The notes under the pieces: generated by a model
What the model saw: only the letters and a program-made list of their open reading frames with translations
What the model was told of the DNA's origin: nothing
The model's database searches: none
DNA from: Antedon mediterranea
Taxonomy: Eukaryota > Animalia > Echinodermata
Assembly: GCF_964355755.1 (NCBI RefSeq)
Contig: NC_092671.1
Span: 37,086,304-37,150,303, forward strand
Reading direction: 5' to 3'
Length of the DNA stretch: 64,000 nt
Program-made: the position numbers and the translations under genes
Shown: positions 1 through 13,800 of the stretch, piece after piece
Layout of the letters: each line of letters begins with the position of its first letter
Position numbering within the stretch: position 1 is the first letter of the stretch

Positions 1-816
1 ATTTTAATATATGGGCACTTCACATTTTTTTATCACATAAAGTTTGATAGTGTAGACAGACCTTAACACTCTGTGTGATTATTATACTATAAAATTATAT
101 TTTAATACAGTATCTCCCTGTTTCATTGTGGAGTAGTTTTCACTTTAATCGGAACAATGCTTTTCGTAATAATATATTATACTATTACTTGTGAGCCGAT
201 TAATAATATGTTGTAATACCTATTAGTATAATAACATTATTCAAAGTTGGCATGAAGAGTAAAACAACATCAGAATGCAGTTTCAACCTGAAATGTGTTG
301 TGCAGACTAGTTTAGTTAGTTTGTTTTGAATAGCGGGAAGGAAGTTCACTATATTAGGAAATATTGGCAATAAGTAGAGGATTTAAATTGCTGTATTTAA
401 TGCTGCCAGCTGTACTGTTATTGTCAATTTATCTTTTTTTTTGCACAGAGGTACAAAGACCCTGGCCTTTCATAACAATACATTGACCATATGACTACAC
501 AACTATAAAAATGTACTTACAGTATTATAGCCTACTTTATAATAAGAGAGACTTGTTGTTGGTGTAGTATAAAGAGAGGGCAGGATCAGTATTAAGTTAT
601 ATTTAAATCAAGGTTTAATAAATAGATAAATCAAGGGTATTCTACCAGTTGATTGTGTATACAGTACATGTATATGCCAAGATGGGTTGATAGATAATAA
701 ATAAGTTATTGCTCATTATTACAGAACTATCAAATCATAACAGCAATAATTATAAAATACTGAGTTATTGCTGTTAGGTTACAGAACTATGAAATGGTAA
801 CACTAAACAGCTATAA

Positions 817-974
817 AGCCTTTTCTACACTATCAAACTTTAAGTGTCAAAAAAATGTGATGTGCCCATATATGGTACTAGTGCTATGCTTAAATATGGT
901 AGTGATATGACATCATAGTGTCCATATATGGGCACAACACATTTTTTTGATAGTTTGATAGTGTAGACAAGGCT
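817..974. mobile_element. Harbinger/Tourist-like MITE family (~160 bp), representative copy
   Basis: TIR AGCTCTGTCTACACTATCAAACT with 3-bp TAA/TTA flanks and internal ATATGGTAGTGATATG repeats. Other copies at about 1-65, 1296-1434, 6790-6925, 8679-8819, 19571-19745, 20125-20280, 22225-22355, 31263-31421, 33534-33666, 58007-58165 and 59068-59190. Superfamily is inferred from the TWA TSD. Confidence 0.8.
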
Positions 975-1201
975 TAAGGATAAAATACTGATGTATTATT
1001 TTATTTGATAATGTTATGGAAGTGTTTACTATACAGTTAGTAAATTTGTTCCTGTGTATTATTCCTAAGCGTAAACTAATACATACAGAAATAGCTTTAC
1101 AGTAATATTAAAAGTTTTACTAAAATATTACTAATTTAAGAATTAATAATATTTGTAGGCTATTATTATTAATTTGTTTAATGACATTTTGTTTATTTTA
1201 G

Positions 1202-4200
1202 ATGCCTATGATAGCGCAAGATATCTGTGTGATCAATATTATCTCGCTTCACCCGAGCTTGAAATATTCACAAAGAATGGTAAGTGAACGTGTAAAGCTC
1301 TGTCTACACTATCAAACTAGTTGTTTGACAACAAAAAGTGTGATGTGCCCAAATATGGTAGCGAAATGCCTACATACTGTATGGTAGTGATATGGCATCA
1401 TCATTATTTTGTGACATAAAGTTTGATAGTGTAGGGATATTCCCATTGTGCCATATCACTTTGATTATTTTAAATGCTACTAAATTTAGAGTAATATACT
1501 GTATACAAGAAGTATCACATTGTCTATGTAGAAAATACAATAGATTTACACTGTACACTAACAGATATGTTCAACTAAAAACAACTTTACAAATCCAAAC
1601 ATAAGAATACAATATTATAGTGAGATTTTGTTACAATTGCAAGGAGGAAACAAAAAGTTGTGTTTTTCGTATTGTCGTTTTTTAAGTGTTGAGGGCGTCA
1701 TGCATGCCAGCCTCAGCTGTTTTGAGTCACCCTCATTAAACAAAGTTTAATAAATAAATTGTAACAATTTTTCTAGTATGGTATTTATTGTTTTGTTATT
1801 AATTTCGACCCTGTACCAATATTTACCATGATAAATTTGGAATTTGACTGTAGAAATATTGACTTAATTAATAAGATATGTCTCACAGGTTATCAGTAGG
1901 TTGACTTTGTACAATTTCAGAAGGTCAAACTAAAATTAATAATACAGTAACAAACCAATGTAAAGTACTGGAAATGTTTGATAATGTTGTAAAGTGCAGA
2001 CTTCAAACATGCATTATGTTATAGGCGTCACTTTACTGATATCGTTTTTCTCTTTAAGTTATTCAATTCTTATATAATTAATACTGACAAGTTATTTAAT
2101 ATTCGTAATCCACAACGTGTTACTCGTAGCTCTTCTTCTGTTGGTACTCTTTTTGATATTCGTCGCTGCAGAACTGAATCTTCTTTTCAATCATATATCC
2201 CACGTGTTACCAGAATTTGGAATAACTTACCCAGTGAAATCCGCAACTTAAATATTTCTGTTAGTTCTTTTAAAACCAAATTACTTAATTATCTCAATAT
2301 TTATTTTTTAAATAATTTTGATATTGAAAATGTGTGTAGTTGGTCACTTTCTTGTCGATGCTTTTATTGTAGAACGTAATTTATTTATTTTTCTCTGTTC
2401 TGGGTTGACCAACTAGCATAGCTGTTTAGCACCTGTTTGGTCTTTCCGTGCCTCCTTTTATAATTGTTTTGTCTTCTTTGTTATGTATATGGCAGAAATT
2501 GAATAGATAAATAAAAATAAATAAAAAGTGCTATTGCTAGAATAATTTTCCTAAAAAGAACTTTATCAAAGTTTTTAGCTGTTTTTGTAATTTCAAATTA
2601 GAATAAACTAGTATTATAATAATTAACAGCTTTCTTTATGCCTGTAATTAACTATGATAGAACCTTTATTAAAAGTACACCTTTATGTTTTAATGCACAT
2701 ATATACACATAGTCCCTAAGTTGTTCACAGGGTGGAATAAATGTGTTCTAATACTCACCAAAAAATGTGATGTAAATAAGTATCTTGTTGTGTAAAATAT
2801 ATATAAAATTAATACCTCTTGTCTGATATACTGTACTTCATTGTAAAACATTTAGTGAAACTAATTCCTCTGACTGACTTTAACAAAATTCTTTTCTGTA
2901 CTTTTGTAGGAAGTGACCCTACAAGTGGTATACACATGGTGTATGTACCATCCCATCTCTACCATATACTATTTGAAATTTTCAAGGTGAGTTATTCAGC
3001 TTTTATCAACATATAACAATAATAATAATAATATCCTGGATTTATAAAGCGTCTAATGTTGTGAAACCTCTAAGCGCTGTACATATTACCTTGTTCATTT
3101 TTTGATCAAACATGTATGGAAACATACTCCCATAATGTAGCTAGTAATCAGCGCAAAGTTGTGTTCTGGCCTTACCAGGTACCCATTCGTACACCTGGGT
3201 GGAGAGAGGCAAACAAAAGTAAATTGTAAAAGCAATGTGATGAACGTTGGATTCGAACCCATGATTTCACAATCAGTAGTCCAAACACAGGCCATAATAA
3301 CGGAATTATTAAAAAGCATACAGGGTTGTTGTAGAGATACAATTTGAGCAAAGCAAGATTGTTAAAGAATTGTGCTTTTGCAGAATAGTAATTCTCTCAG
3401 ATCATAGAGCAACTAAATAAACCAACACATATTGCATCTTACCACATAATAATTTCTATTCGTAACACCCACTGAGTTTAAAAATCAACATCCAATCCAT
3501 TCACTTATTTTCTAAAGAATTCGATGCGTGCTGTGATGGAGCACCATGGAGTGGCTGCGGAGGAATTCCCAAAGATCAAAGTAATGGTTACCAAAGGCAA
3601 AGAAGATGTTACAATCAAGGTAGGACAGTGTGTACACAGATGTGTAATGCATTGTAAAATATAATGGCTTAATATTTTTTCCACAATATAACATACATAT
3701 ATTATACAATAACATAATGACATTTAATTAGAATTTATTTATATTTGGATAGTAAATGTTTATTTTATTTATATGTACTGGATGGATAAGCAAGCCTGCG
3801 AGCTACAGCGATTTGAATTGATTTTGCTTAATCCTTCCCTCCTTAGATTTCCGCCTGTCTTGTTTTTATGTTTGAATATATTTCGATTTTGAAGGCTAAA
3901 TAAAGAATGAATAAATGATAAACTAGTTTGTTAATAAATAAAATTGCATATAAATACAATGAAAAGTAGTCATGTGAGGGTAGAGTCATATAAGTCAGAA
4001 AGACTTTAAGTTTGACCCACCCAAAGATATAACAATAAATATGAAAAAGAAAACAAATTACATAAACTAATAATATATAAAAGAAAACAAAGCTACAATT
4101 TGCACAATACTGTGTGTACAAAGAGTAAATGAGAAATATTAATTTTTGCTGTAGTAGAAGCAGGCTCTATTATTTTTTGAACAAATCATAAAAAGTAATT

Positions 4201-7200
4201 TAATATACAAAAATAAATGTATGACAAGTTGAAATGCCCAGTGGTGTAATGTAGAGGTAAAAGGCCCCAGGTTTAGCACTTGAGGGCCCTCCAACTCTGG
4301 GTTAAAGGATCTTTCAGACCTGTTCCGGCACGGTTCCGGCCTGGCGAAACGAGCGTCAATGTTTCACAATGCTCCACAGGGCTATGCGTTTTATTTTGGT
4401 GCAAAGTTTGTCACTAATTATTTTCTGTCTTCTAGGTATCTGATGAAGGTGGTGGTATACCAAGGAGTGTGACCGATGAAATGTTTAACTACATGTACAC
4501 AACAGCGCCCTCACCACCTAAACCAGGAACGACAACTATTCCACCTCTTGTAAGTTTACAATTATTATTTGATAATTGATAAACACAAAGTTTAACTTGT
4601 GATGTATCGCATAAAATAGTAAATTAAATAAAGGATATTCGGTAGATGAGTGGAGTAAGAACGTAAAGAAAAGAAGGCTGACATGGTATGGTCACCTGCT
4701 CCGTTTAAATGAAAACACACCAGCTAAGATCGCACTGGGAGAGGCTCAGAGAAAGACCAAAAAACCAAAAGGAAGACCAAAAACAACATGGATGGCAAAC
4801 ATAAAAAAGGAAACAGAACTTTTCACACGCGGACCTATACACATGCTAGCTCAAAAACGTACTGAGTGGCGAAGTGAGACGCGCAATGTCTAACGACGAT
4901 TAGCGTTTTAGGAGAGATTCGGTAGACACCCTACAGGAACACCTTCAGGACCCAACAACGTGTTCCCTTAATAGAGGTGTCGCCTGAATAGGGTTGGCCG
5001 TAGTGTTAAAACATATCTTTCCCCTTGTTTGTCTCATAGGCAAATGACACTACCCTAAATACAAGTGAATGGCCGTAGTGTTAAAACATATCTTTCCCCT
5101 TGTTTGTCTCATAGGCAAATGACACTACCTTAAATACAAGTGAATGGCCGTAGTGTTAAAACATATCTTTCCCCTTGTTTGTCTCATAGGCAAATGACAC
5201 TACCTTAAATACAAGTGAATGGCCGTAGTGTTAAAACATATCTTTCCCCTTGTTTGTCTCATAGGCAAATGACACTACCCTAAATACAAGTGGATGGCTG
5301 TAGTGTTAAAACATATCTTTCCTCTTGTTTGTCTCATAGGCAAATGACACTACCCTAAATACAAGTGGATGGCTGTAGTGTTAAAACATATCTTTCCCCT
5401 TGTTTGTCTCATAGGCAAATGACACTACCTTAAATACAAGTGAATGGCCGTAGTGTTTAAACATATCTTTCCCCTTGTTTGTCTCATAGGCAAATGACAC
5501 TACCCTAAATACAAGTGGATGGCTGTAGTGTTAAAACATATCTTTCCCCTTGTTTGTCTCATAGGCAAATGACACTACCCTAAATACAAGTGGATGGCTG
5601 TAGAGTTAAAACATATCTTTCCCCTTGTTTGTCTCATAGGCAAATGACACTACCTTAAATACAAGTGAATGGCTGTAGAGTTAAAACATATTTCCTCTTC
5701 TTTGTTTTATGTGAAAGTGTCTCCTTAAATAGGTGTCTCCTGTAATAGTATACACCTAAAGGCCGTGTTTCCGCAGCCATAACAAAATCGGATAATTGTT
5801 TAACCAATCAGATATTTAATAACAAAATAAAGTGCGCATGATCCGACCAAAACAACCAAGTGCCCAATCACAACGCAATGATGTGTCCTTCAGGTCAAAG
5901 GTTAAAAATTATCGCATTTATCAGATAATTAAATTGAATAAGATAATTATCGGTTTTCAAGTGAAATCGGTTAAACCCCATTTCCACATTTTTACTGGAA
6001 TCTCTTCCTTCTAATTCATTTGCATTGTAAAAAATAGACTCCAGATGGCAAATTATTTTCTGGTTAATTGGATTAATAGTGATCTTGTGTTTTTTTTTGG
6101 TATCCATAATTCTATTCATATTGTACATATTTGTGAATCTGTTGTGAATAAATTCTATAAATATTTTTCATTGTGCATAATTTTTCAATTATGTATCTAT
6201 CATTTTCAAGGATCAATTAAAAACAAGGTTATAGTATATATTAATATATATATATTAATATTTCATATTTTTATTTTGCAGGCTGGTTATGGATTTGGTC
6301 TTCCAATTGGTCGTTTATATGCAAAATATTTCCAAGGCGATTTGCAGGTGTCATCAATGGATGGCTACGGGACGGATGCTGTTATATATTTAAAGGTATA
6401 TTATTCAAAATTAAACATTTGGTTGAGTGATTCCATCGCATCATCGCATACGTCATGTTTCTAGGTACTCTTTCGAGCCGAAAATTTCTAGTAAATAAAT
6501 TTTTTCAATAAATCGTAAAAAATACAAATGTTTTTTTTTATTTCTTTTGCCAATTGGGATAATGTTTCTTCAAAACAACACACTGAACATTTTGGCAAAT
6601 TTAATGACAGGTACCTATCTCATGTATGTTAAAAACAGTGAAAACTCATGAGGTAGATTTTGCTAAGCACACTTGACGTCACACACACTTAGATACATTG
6701 TTTTAGGCACTATATAAGACTACCATTATTATTATTACAAGAAAATTGTCTAAAAACATATTTTTTCACAAAACAATGGCCATTCTAAGGGTCTGCCTAC
6801 ACTTTCAAACTTTAAACAAAAAAATGTGATTTGCCCAAATATTGTAGTGATATGACATCATCATGTCCATTTATGGACACATTACATTTTTTGTGACATA
6901 ACGTTTAATATAATAGACCGGGCTTCACATAGATGAATGACTAAAGGGCAGTTAAATGTATGCGAGTGTGAGTATCGGTCATGCAGCTTAGGAGGAGATA
7001 GAGGACAAAAATATTTCTATAATGATTATTTTTGTTTGTTTTCAGAAATTATCAAGCGAGGCGAATGAACTTCTTCCAGTGTTCAACAGCAGTGCTTCAA
7101 GACACTACAAGACACCAGCCATCACTCACGACTGGAGCCGGGCTGGTAATCACGTCCGCCCCTACCACTCTATATACCGCAGTATGTCACGATGCTACAA

Positions 7201-7234
7201 GACGACCTCCATCCCAGTATCATTAGCTAAATAA
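1202..7234 (+). CDS. PDK: Mitochondrial pyruvate dehydrogenase kinase, last 6 coding exons (5' part lies upstream of the window)
   Basis: GT-AG exons in continuous frame: 1202-1279 ([21 protein letters not shown]), 2910-2986 ([17 protein letters not shown]), 3518-3619 ([11 protein letters not shown] box), 4436-4549 ([20 protein letters not shown]1 box), 6282-6395 ([29 protein letters not shown]2/G3), 7046-7234 ([15 protein letters not shown], stop). These are diagnostic PDK/GHKL kinase motifs. Confidence 0.96.
2015..2526 (+). mobile_element. 5'-truncated CR1/L2-group LINE 3' end in a PDK intron
   Basis: Translates as ..[63 protein letters not shown], the typical ORF2 C-terminus (WNxLP). Ends in an AATAAA-rich tail. 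Confidence 0.75.
3015..3310 (-). mobile_element. tRNA-derived SINE (same family as 34660-34937)
   Basis: On the - strand: B-box GGGTTCGAATCC, core CTCTCTCCACCCAGGTGTA..AATGGGTACC, 3' end GCGCTTAGAG..CGCTTTATAAA..(TAT)n. Confidence 0.65.
4647..4916 (+). mobile_element. 5'-truncated RTE-like LINE fragment with 10-bp TSD
   Basis: Encodes [41 protein letters not shown], the RTE-type ORF C-terminus. Flanked by the direct repeat ATTCGGTAGA at 4637-4646 and 4917-4926. Confidence 0.8.
4996..5692. repeat. 75-bp minisatellite, ~9.3 copies, in a PDK intron
   Basis: Unit GGCCGTAGTGTTAAAACATATCTTTCCCCTTGTTTGTCTCATAGGCAAATGACACTACCCTAAATACAAGTGAAT starts at 4996, 5071, 5146 ... 5671. Confidence 0.95.
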
Positions 7235-7684
7235 TGTTAGTTATTTATCCTGTCTTTCTCGCTGACTTTAGTTGCATAGTGGCACTGTGGGTTGGTGCTT
7301 GCTTTTTAATCCGGTATCCTGGTTCAATTCTTGGGTGATACTTTCTGAATACGTACTGGTATATCTCATGGCAAATTGATGGGATGGCAACAGAATTGTA
7401 CGTTTATCACATATATTTTGTCCAATATTTTCACATACTTTAAATGTGAAAATCTTTATTATTTTCAATACTGTAATGATATTCATTATGTATATATATT
7501 TTAACTTGAAAGAAACTGTTTTAGTTGTAAATAATTTATGATAAGATTGTTTTATTTGGGAAAAATGCATTCCAATTTGTTTTATATTTAAAATGAATGA
7601 ATATGGCATGATCTGTACAAAGTTGTTGGTCAAGTTGATACGACTAAGATGTGGTAAATTCCACTTTATTTTGTTACGTGGGTA

Positions 7685-7934
7685 AAAAAAAAGGTGAGTC
7701 CCGTGTTCTCTGAACGTAGGGGAATGAGCTGTTAGGAGCTCATTGTACTAAGCCTCGGCATTATGTGGTAGGGTGGCCAGTTCCTTTCCACGCCGCCTTT
7801 TTTCTCCCTAGTATTTTCAACCAGGTACTCATTTACAGCTGAGTGGACTGGGAGTTGTCGGGAATTGAACCCGGGTCTATCTGTATGACAGTCAAGTGTC
7901 CTAACCACTCCGCTATCCAACTCCAACCCACGTC
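7685..7934 (-). mobile_element. tRNA(Asp)-like SINE with 13-bp TSD, downstream of the PDK stop
   Basis: On the - strand: A box TAGCGGAGTGG, anticodon-like loop CTGTCAT, B box GGTTCAATTCC, 3' CACCTTTTTTT. TSD TGTTACGTGGGTA at 7672-7684 and 7935-7947. Confidence 0.8.
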
Positions 7935-9082
7935 TGTTACGTGGGTACATATTATATATTGATCAACCCTCCATGTGTGCTATTGCTTGTGTTTAAACAT
8001 ATGGAGTAACACAATACTTACACCTCTGTTACAGTTGAACCTCTTCTATAGTTTAACCCAAGGAAATCTAACAACAGGATGCTGAGCTCCGAAGATCAAA
8101 GAGTTTATCTGTGTCTGTAACATGATCAGTTCTGAACAGACACCGTAGGCTGCTGATAATATGTAATACTGTATTTGTCGCAGCCATACATAAGATCAAG
8201 GCGAGCTCAGTGTCCCATTGTTAGATTGCCTGGTTTTTAAACTAAACTATTGTAATATGATTACTATAGAAAAACAAAACCAAGCTTGAAGCTGGTGATA
8301 TACAAATCACTTATTGTAAACTAAAATGTGTAAATAATTTTAACTTAGAGATTGTGAAAAATATCATTGGGTTATACCAATGGAATGACAATAACCATTT
8401 GTACATACACTTTAATGTTTCGATTTGTTGGAACACTATAGCAATCATACATTGGTTATGAAATAGAAAAGGTTATAATATAAAGACCTTTATTAATACA
8501 ACACATGCCATGAATATACAGTAACTGTTCTAAATCGTTAAAACTGCCATGTAATGCATTTTATATAATGAAGAGAATTATCTATAGTGTTGTACAGTTT
8601 ATTTGTTTTAGAAATATTTAATGGATTTAGTTCAAATGAATATTTTATTAAAACTGTATTGAAATTCATAGAATCTTAAGCTCTGTCTACACTATCCAAC
8701 TACTGTAGTTTGACAAAAAAAAGTGTGATGTGCCCAAACATGGTAGTGATATGCCCAAATATGGTAGTGATATGACATCACATTTTTTTGCCACATAGAG
8801 TTTGATGGTGTAGACAGCTTTACATGAAGTTGGGTGAAGAGGTGGGCTAATCTGGATTATATAGTTGAATACAATAGACATTGTCAATTGGAGGATTTTC
8901 CATTGAGTATTAACAAGACTAAGTTAGTACTCAACAAACCGGCTTTAGTTAATTAATGTTATACAATTGAATAAGAAAAGAAGTTTATAAGTCATTCTTT
9001 TAAAAGGCTGCATTTCATCAAATCTCGTTGATGATTTTTGTATGACCTTATAAGGTAAGTTTATTTACCACTGCCAACCAGA

Positions 9083-9085
<3 letters not shown>

Positions 9086-9134
<49 letters not shown>
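9086..9134. repeat. (TA)n microsatellite
   Basis: About 24 uninterrupted TA units. Confidence 0.95.
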
Positions 9135-9137
<3 letters not shown>

Positions 9138-10877
9138 ACAGTGCTCATATATATATATAAATGTCACTGCTGCCAACTGAACAACTATTAGTATTACTTT
9201 AGTATAAACAGTACAGCAATCCTTGTGTTTTAACATGGATTCAATTGATAAAATACAGTATAACCCCCCTTTGGGACACCCCCATTCAGGGGACACTTTT
9301 GTTTGTCCCCTGAATAGAGGTTCAACTTTCTATCATTGCATTTTAATGAAGGAGTTAATATTTAAATATATATTTGATTGATGACAATGCATATAAAGAT
9401 ATTTAAAGTTTGGAGTTGAATTTAAAGTTCTTTCTAGAACTATATTTAAAATATAAGTGTATATTTAAAGTCAAATATATTATATTCATATTATTTATGG
9501 GTTTTAAGCACTTACCTAAACTTTAACAACAGTCATTGAAATTGAAAAAGCTAAAAGTTGAAAATAATTTTAGACAGCCAAATAGTTTGTAAGCGAATCA
9601 CCTAATTTTTTCAGTTTGTGTTTTTTTGTCAATGCTAATTTAAATTGACTTGCAAGAATCAACGTTGTTATTATTTATTGAAAAGTTATATTTTTTTATT
9701 CTGCAAAATAAATCAATTTATTGAATATTCATTAAAAGTTCCGACCATCCGTTGCATTTGCTCATAAATTATTCTTGATTTTCCCCAAAATTTGTATTGT
9801 TTTATCAAATTTTAATTTCTTTGGACAATACTGTAAAACAAATGGAGTTTAGGTATGTGCAATATTTTGTTTATTTGTATTTTAGAAAGAATTTCTAGTT
9901 GATGTAACTTTTATCAGTTAAAACCTACCTCTCTTTTTTTGTAAATTTTCATTGAAAAACAGGAAAAACAAAAACCAAGAATGTAAGTGTATCCTTGGTA
10001 CATCGTATGTGATTGTATGAATCCTAACTAATACAGCCTTTGTATACCAACTGGTTTATTGACCATGTAAATAAATGATGTTTAACGAAGTTAAGAGCGT
10101 TTTGTATTATTTTTTCCTTTAATTTTCTGCGTAGAGGAAATCTGTACAGAACTACACCTACACCCGGTCGGGTCTATTGTAGAGGAGATTTTGTCAAATA
10201 AAATGTCATTATTGGTGGCGTAGTACCACTCCATGTTTTGAAACTGGTCAACCGTAACAACGTGACAGCAGAGTGTGTGTGCTAACCTAGAATATGTGCT
10301 TGTAGAGAGTGTGAACATTATGCGCCGTAAAAAATCAGCATTGTATGTTTTTTAAATTATTAAAAACGGTAAATATTAATACAACTTAAGCACTACAAGG
10401 CATACAATTAATTATTTTTGTTTGTACAGTAACAGATAAACGCTTGGCTTTGCTATCATCTGACCGAAATTGTTTAGAGAGAGGAGGTCGAATTCATTAA
10501 CTTGGGTGTCTGTTTTTTCCATTAACTTTAACAACCTAGCTAGGCCTAGCCTTAGGCTAGGCTAGGCCAGGGAGATGTATTTTAGGCCTAGTACTAGTAG
10601 ATAGTAGGTCTGCCAACCTAGTTTTGGCCCTGGGCAACTAACACACGTAACAGGGCTAGGCATATTGAACAAAACCCGAACAAAGGACTGGCTATGATGA
10701 GTGAAAGTAATATATATTAGGACTAACTTATTTCCAATTATTTATATAAAGTTACTAAAATTAGAATAATTTAATTTAAGTCTAAAATACAGATAAAAAT
10801 TCTTGTTTTACAGTTTTAAAATGTTGGTATGAATTTGTGGATTGTGGTATGTGTGATATTGAATGGAAGTTGCAAAA

Positions 10878-13800
10878 ATGGCTTTAACAACTCCAAGAAA
10901 AGTAAGTTATGTTTCTAGAATTGTTATTTACAATTTACCTAATTGGATTCCAGAAATTAACAATTAAATATAGATATTATTATGTAACTATTGTTTCCAC
11001 AGTCAGCACCATACATCCCGTCGTGGCCTTTAATCCCCCCGGAGGAACCTTGTGTTCGATTCTTTCTCCTGGAATGGAATGCAACGGATCCCACTAATGC
11101 CGGAAGTATGCAGGAAGAAAAGGAAAGAGTAATGCAAGTATGGAATGAAATGAAAAATGAAGAGAAGGAAGTCTACTATAAAGAGTATGAACAGGATTTA
11201 GTAAGAACGCATTTAATTACCGTACTGACGCGGGTATAAGCCCATACTCGGGTATAAGCCCACCCCCGACTTTTGACTAATTTTCATGAAAAATGAGGCA
11301 CTCGGGTATAAGCCCACCCATTAATTCGAAGATCTACAGTGTGTGTCGTAATACATTATTTGTATTTGGCGACGTCCATACACCGAATACACCTACCTTT
11401 GATCATAACAAAGCTAAGCTAACATACGCTAGGCCATATGAGGCCTAGCGGTCCTGTTTTGTTTACACTCCATCGCGGTCGAAGATCGCTTCACACACGA
11501 CGCTACAAGTCGCCAAAACGGAAAACCACTATTTGGTATCGGCTGCCATAAACAAGCTTATTAAATTTCTTTGGTACATTTCTATTTAACGAACATTGTA
11601 TACTTGTTTTTCTGCTTGATAAATTCTTGTTCAATTGATGTTTAAAATGAGATATTCTACGATAAATTACACAAACTATAAGCTTAATTTTCCGACACTC
11701 TACACCTCGTGTATTTAGAGGCAACGTCGTACACGTGAGGGCGCTCGCTCGCATGGTAGAATACACAGTGTACATGTGCTGTTTTTGACGATCTGCATTT
11801 TTGGATCCTCGGGTATAAGCCCACCCCCCAAACTTGACGTGATTTCATGTTCGAGGGGTGGGCTTATACCTGCGTCAGTACGGTAATATAAAAAGGACAT
11901 TTCTATTCTTTGGGTTCTTGATATATGATATGTTTAAAAGGTCTTTTCATTCATTCATTCATTTATTTACACAAAGCAAAATTCAAAATTTCACACATGT
12001 TCCGACACGGTTCCAGTCCAACTTTGTCAAACCAAATCAAACGTCGATGTTTTGTTTGCCCATTACATCGATTGGTGCATAGCCCTGTGGATCATCATAG
12101 AAACAAAACATTGCTGTTCGATTTGATATGCCAGCGCCGGACCAGAACCAAGCCAGAATAGGTGTGAAAGACCTTTAAAGATGTATTAAATGTTTTAATG
12201 TCACATATTATAGTTAGTTTACCTCCGCCAAGGAGGTACTGTATGTAGTCGGTAGCGTGTGTTTGTTTGTTTGTTAGCAGAATTACTCAAAAAGTAATTA
12301 CACGATCTTTACCAAAATGAATATACAGATAGATATGTGGTCAAGGACCATTCCATTAAATTTTGGGACTATTTGGGACCATGGTCCCAATTCTGGACCA
12401 CTTTTTGAGTATACTTTTCAGACCTGCTAGTGTTAAAAGATAGGACAGAATTTTTCAAAAGCTGGCGAGCAGTCTTAAAGTAACAAGTAAACTGAAATTG
12501 CATTTTCTCGAGAACTACTTGTCCAAAAAACTTCATTTTTGTACAAGAGGCAAGAGTTATAATTTGTGATTTGTAATTTTAAAACATAATTTGATTTAAT
12601 GTGCACGTTTTTTTATGCGAGTAGTAAACCTATTTCTTTTCAAATTTACTCGTTTGATTTTTGCGTTGCTGTTCTATTGTTAGTCAACTGAAGCTATTGT
12701 TAATTAAAAGGCTTGTTACATATCCATTACACCAAACTCGCATACACATGCTTGTAGTGAAATTAGCCTCAATCACAAACAGCATTAAGACACGCACAAA
12801 TATATATATATGTATTTTTACCGGAGAAATCTTATGTAGGAGAATGTTACAGTAGACGGAGGTCGTAGGTATGCACTCTCTGAGTGGCTTTCTAGTTAGT
12901 TATATATTATAGTCCACTTTGACAAAAAGTGGGGAACAATGCATCTTTTTTTCAAGTCAAAGTTATTGAGAACATTTTAATTATGATTACAACAAGGAAG
13001 AAAGAGTATAAACCTATTGCTGAAATATTGCTGATTGATTGCATTTAAACTAATGTTATCTGTTCACAGACCATTTATTGGAGGATGCAAATGGTGATAT
13101 GTGGATGCCATACCTGTAGGCAAGAAATTCAAAGCCACAGTAGTAAGTAACTAAGTTATAATTGGTCACAAAATAAATGATAAATTTATAAATATTGCTA
13201 TTAATATAATGAAATAAATTATTGGTATATTATAAATGATTATAGTCTATTTTCAATAAACCAACGTTGGCCTATTCTCTCTGGGAAGAGAGCTACAACT
13301 CAAATACTGTACTGTATATAATATTTTATTAAACACCCCTATCAGATAGTGGTACATTCCATGAACCCTGCCCTTAAGTGGGAGCATCCAAACACCAAAC
13401 CATCATCATTATGATAGACATGGTAGAGGTAACAATTTGGCCCTCAGGCTTAAATTCTAAAATTAAGTCTGAATTTAACCTTCATTGGGCATTATTTACC
13501 TGAAAAAAAATGTAATTCAAAGCAAACAAATACCGTACTGACGCGGGTATAAGCCCACCCCCCTCGAACATGAAATCACGTCAAGTTTGGGGGGTGGGCT
13601 TATACCCAAGGATCCAAAAATGCAGATCGTCAAAAACAGCACATGTACACTGTGTATTCCACCATGCGAACGAGCGCCCTCACGTGTACGACGTTGCCTC
13701 TAAATACACGAGGTGTAGAGTGTCGGAAAATTTTAAGCTTATAGTTCGTGTAATTTATCGTATAATATCTTATTTTAAACATCAATTTAACAAGAATTTA

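Noticed and set aside
7850-7925. Functional tRNA-Asp gene
   Set aside because: The acceptor stem does not pair, and the sequence is embedded in a TSD-flanked SINE. The same applies to tRNA-like heads at ~3250, ~21220, ~34700, ~55650 and ~61180.
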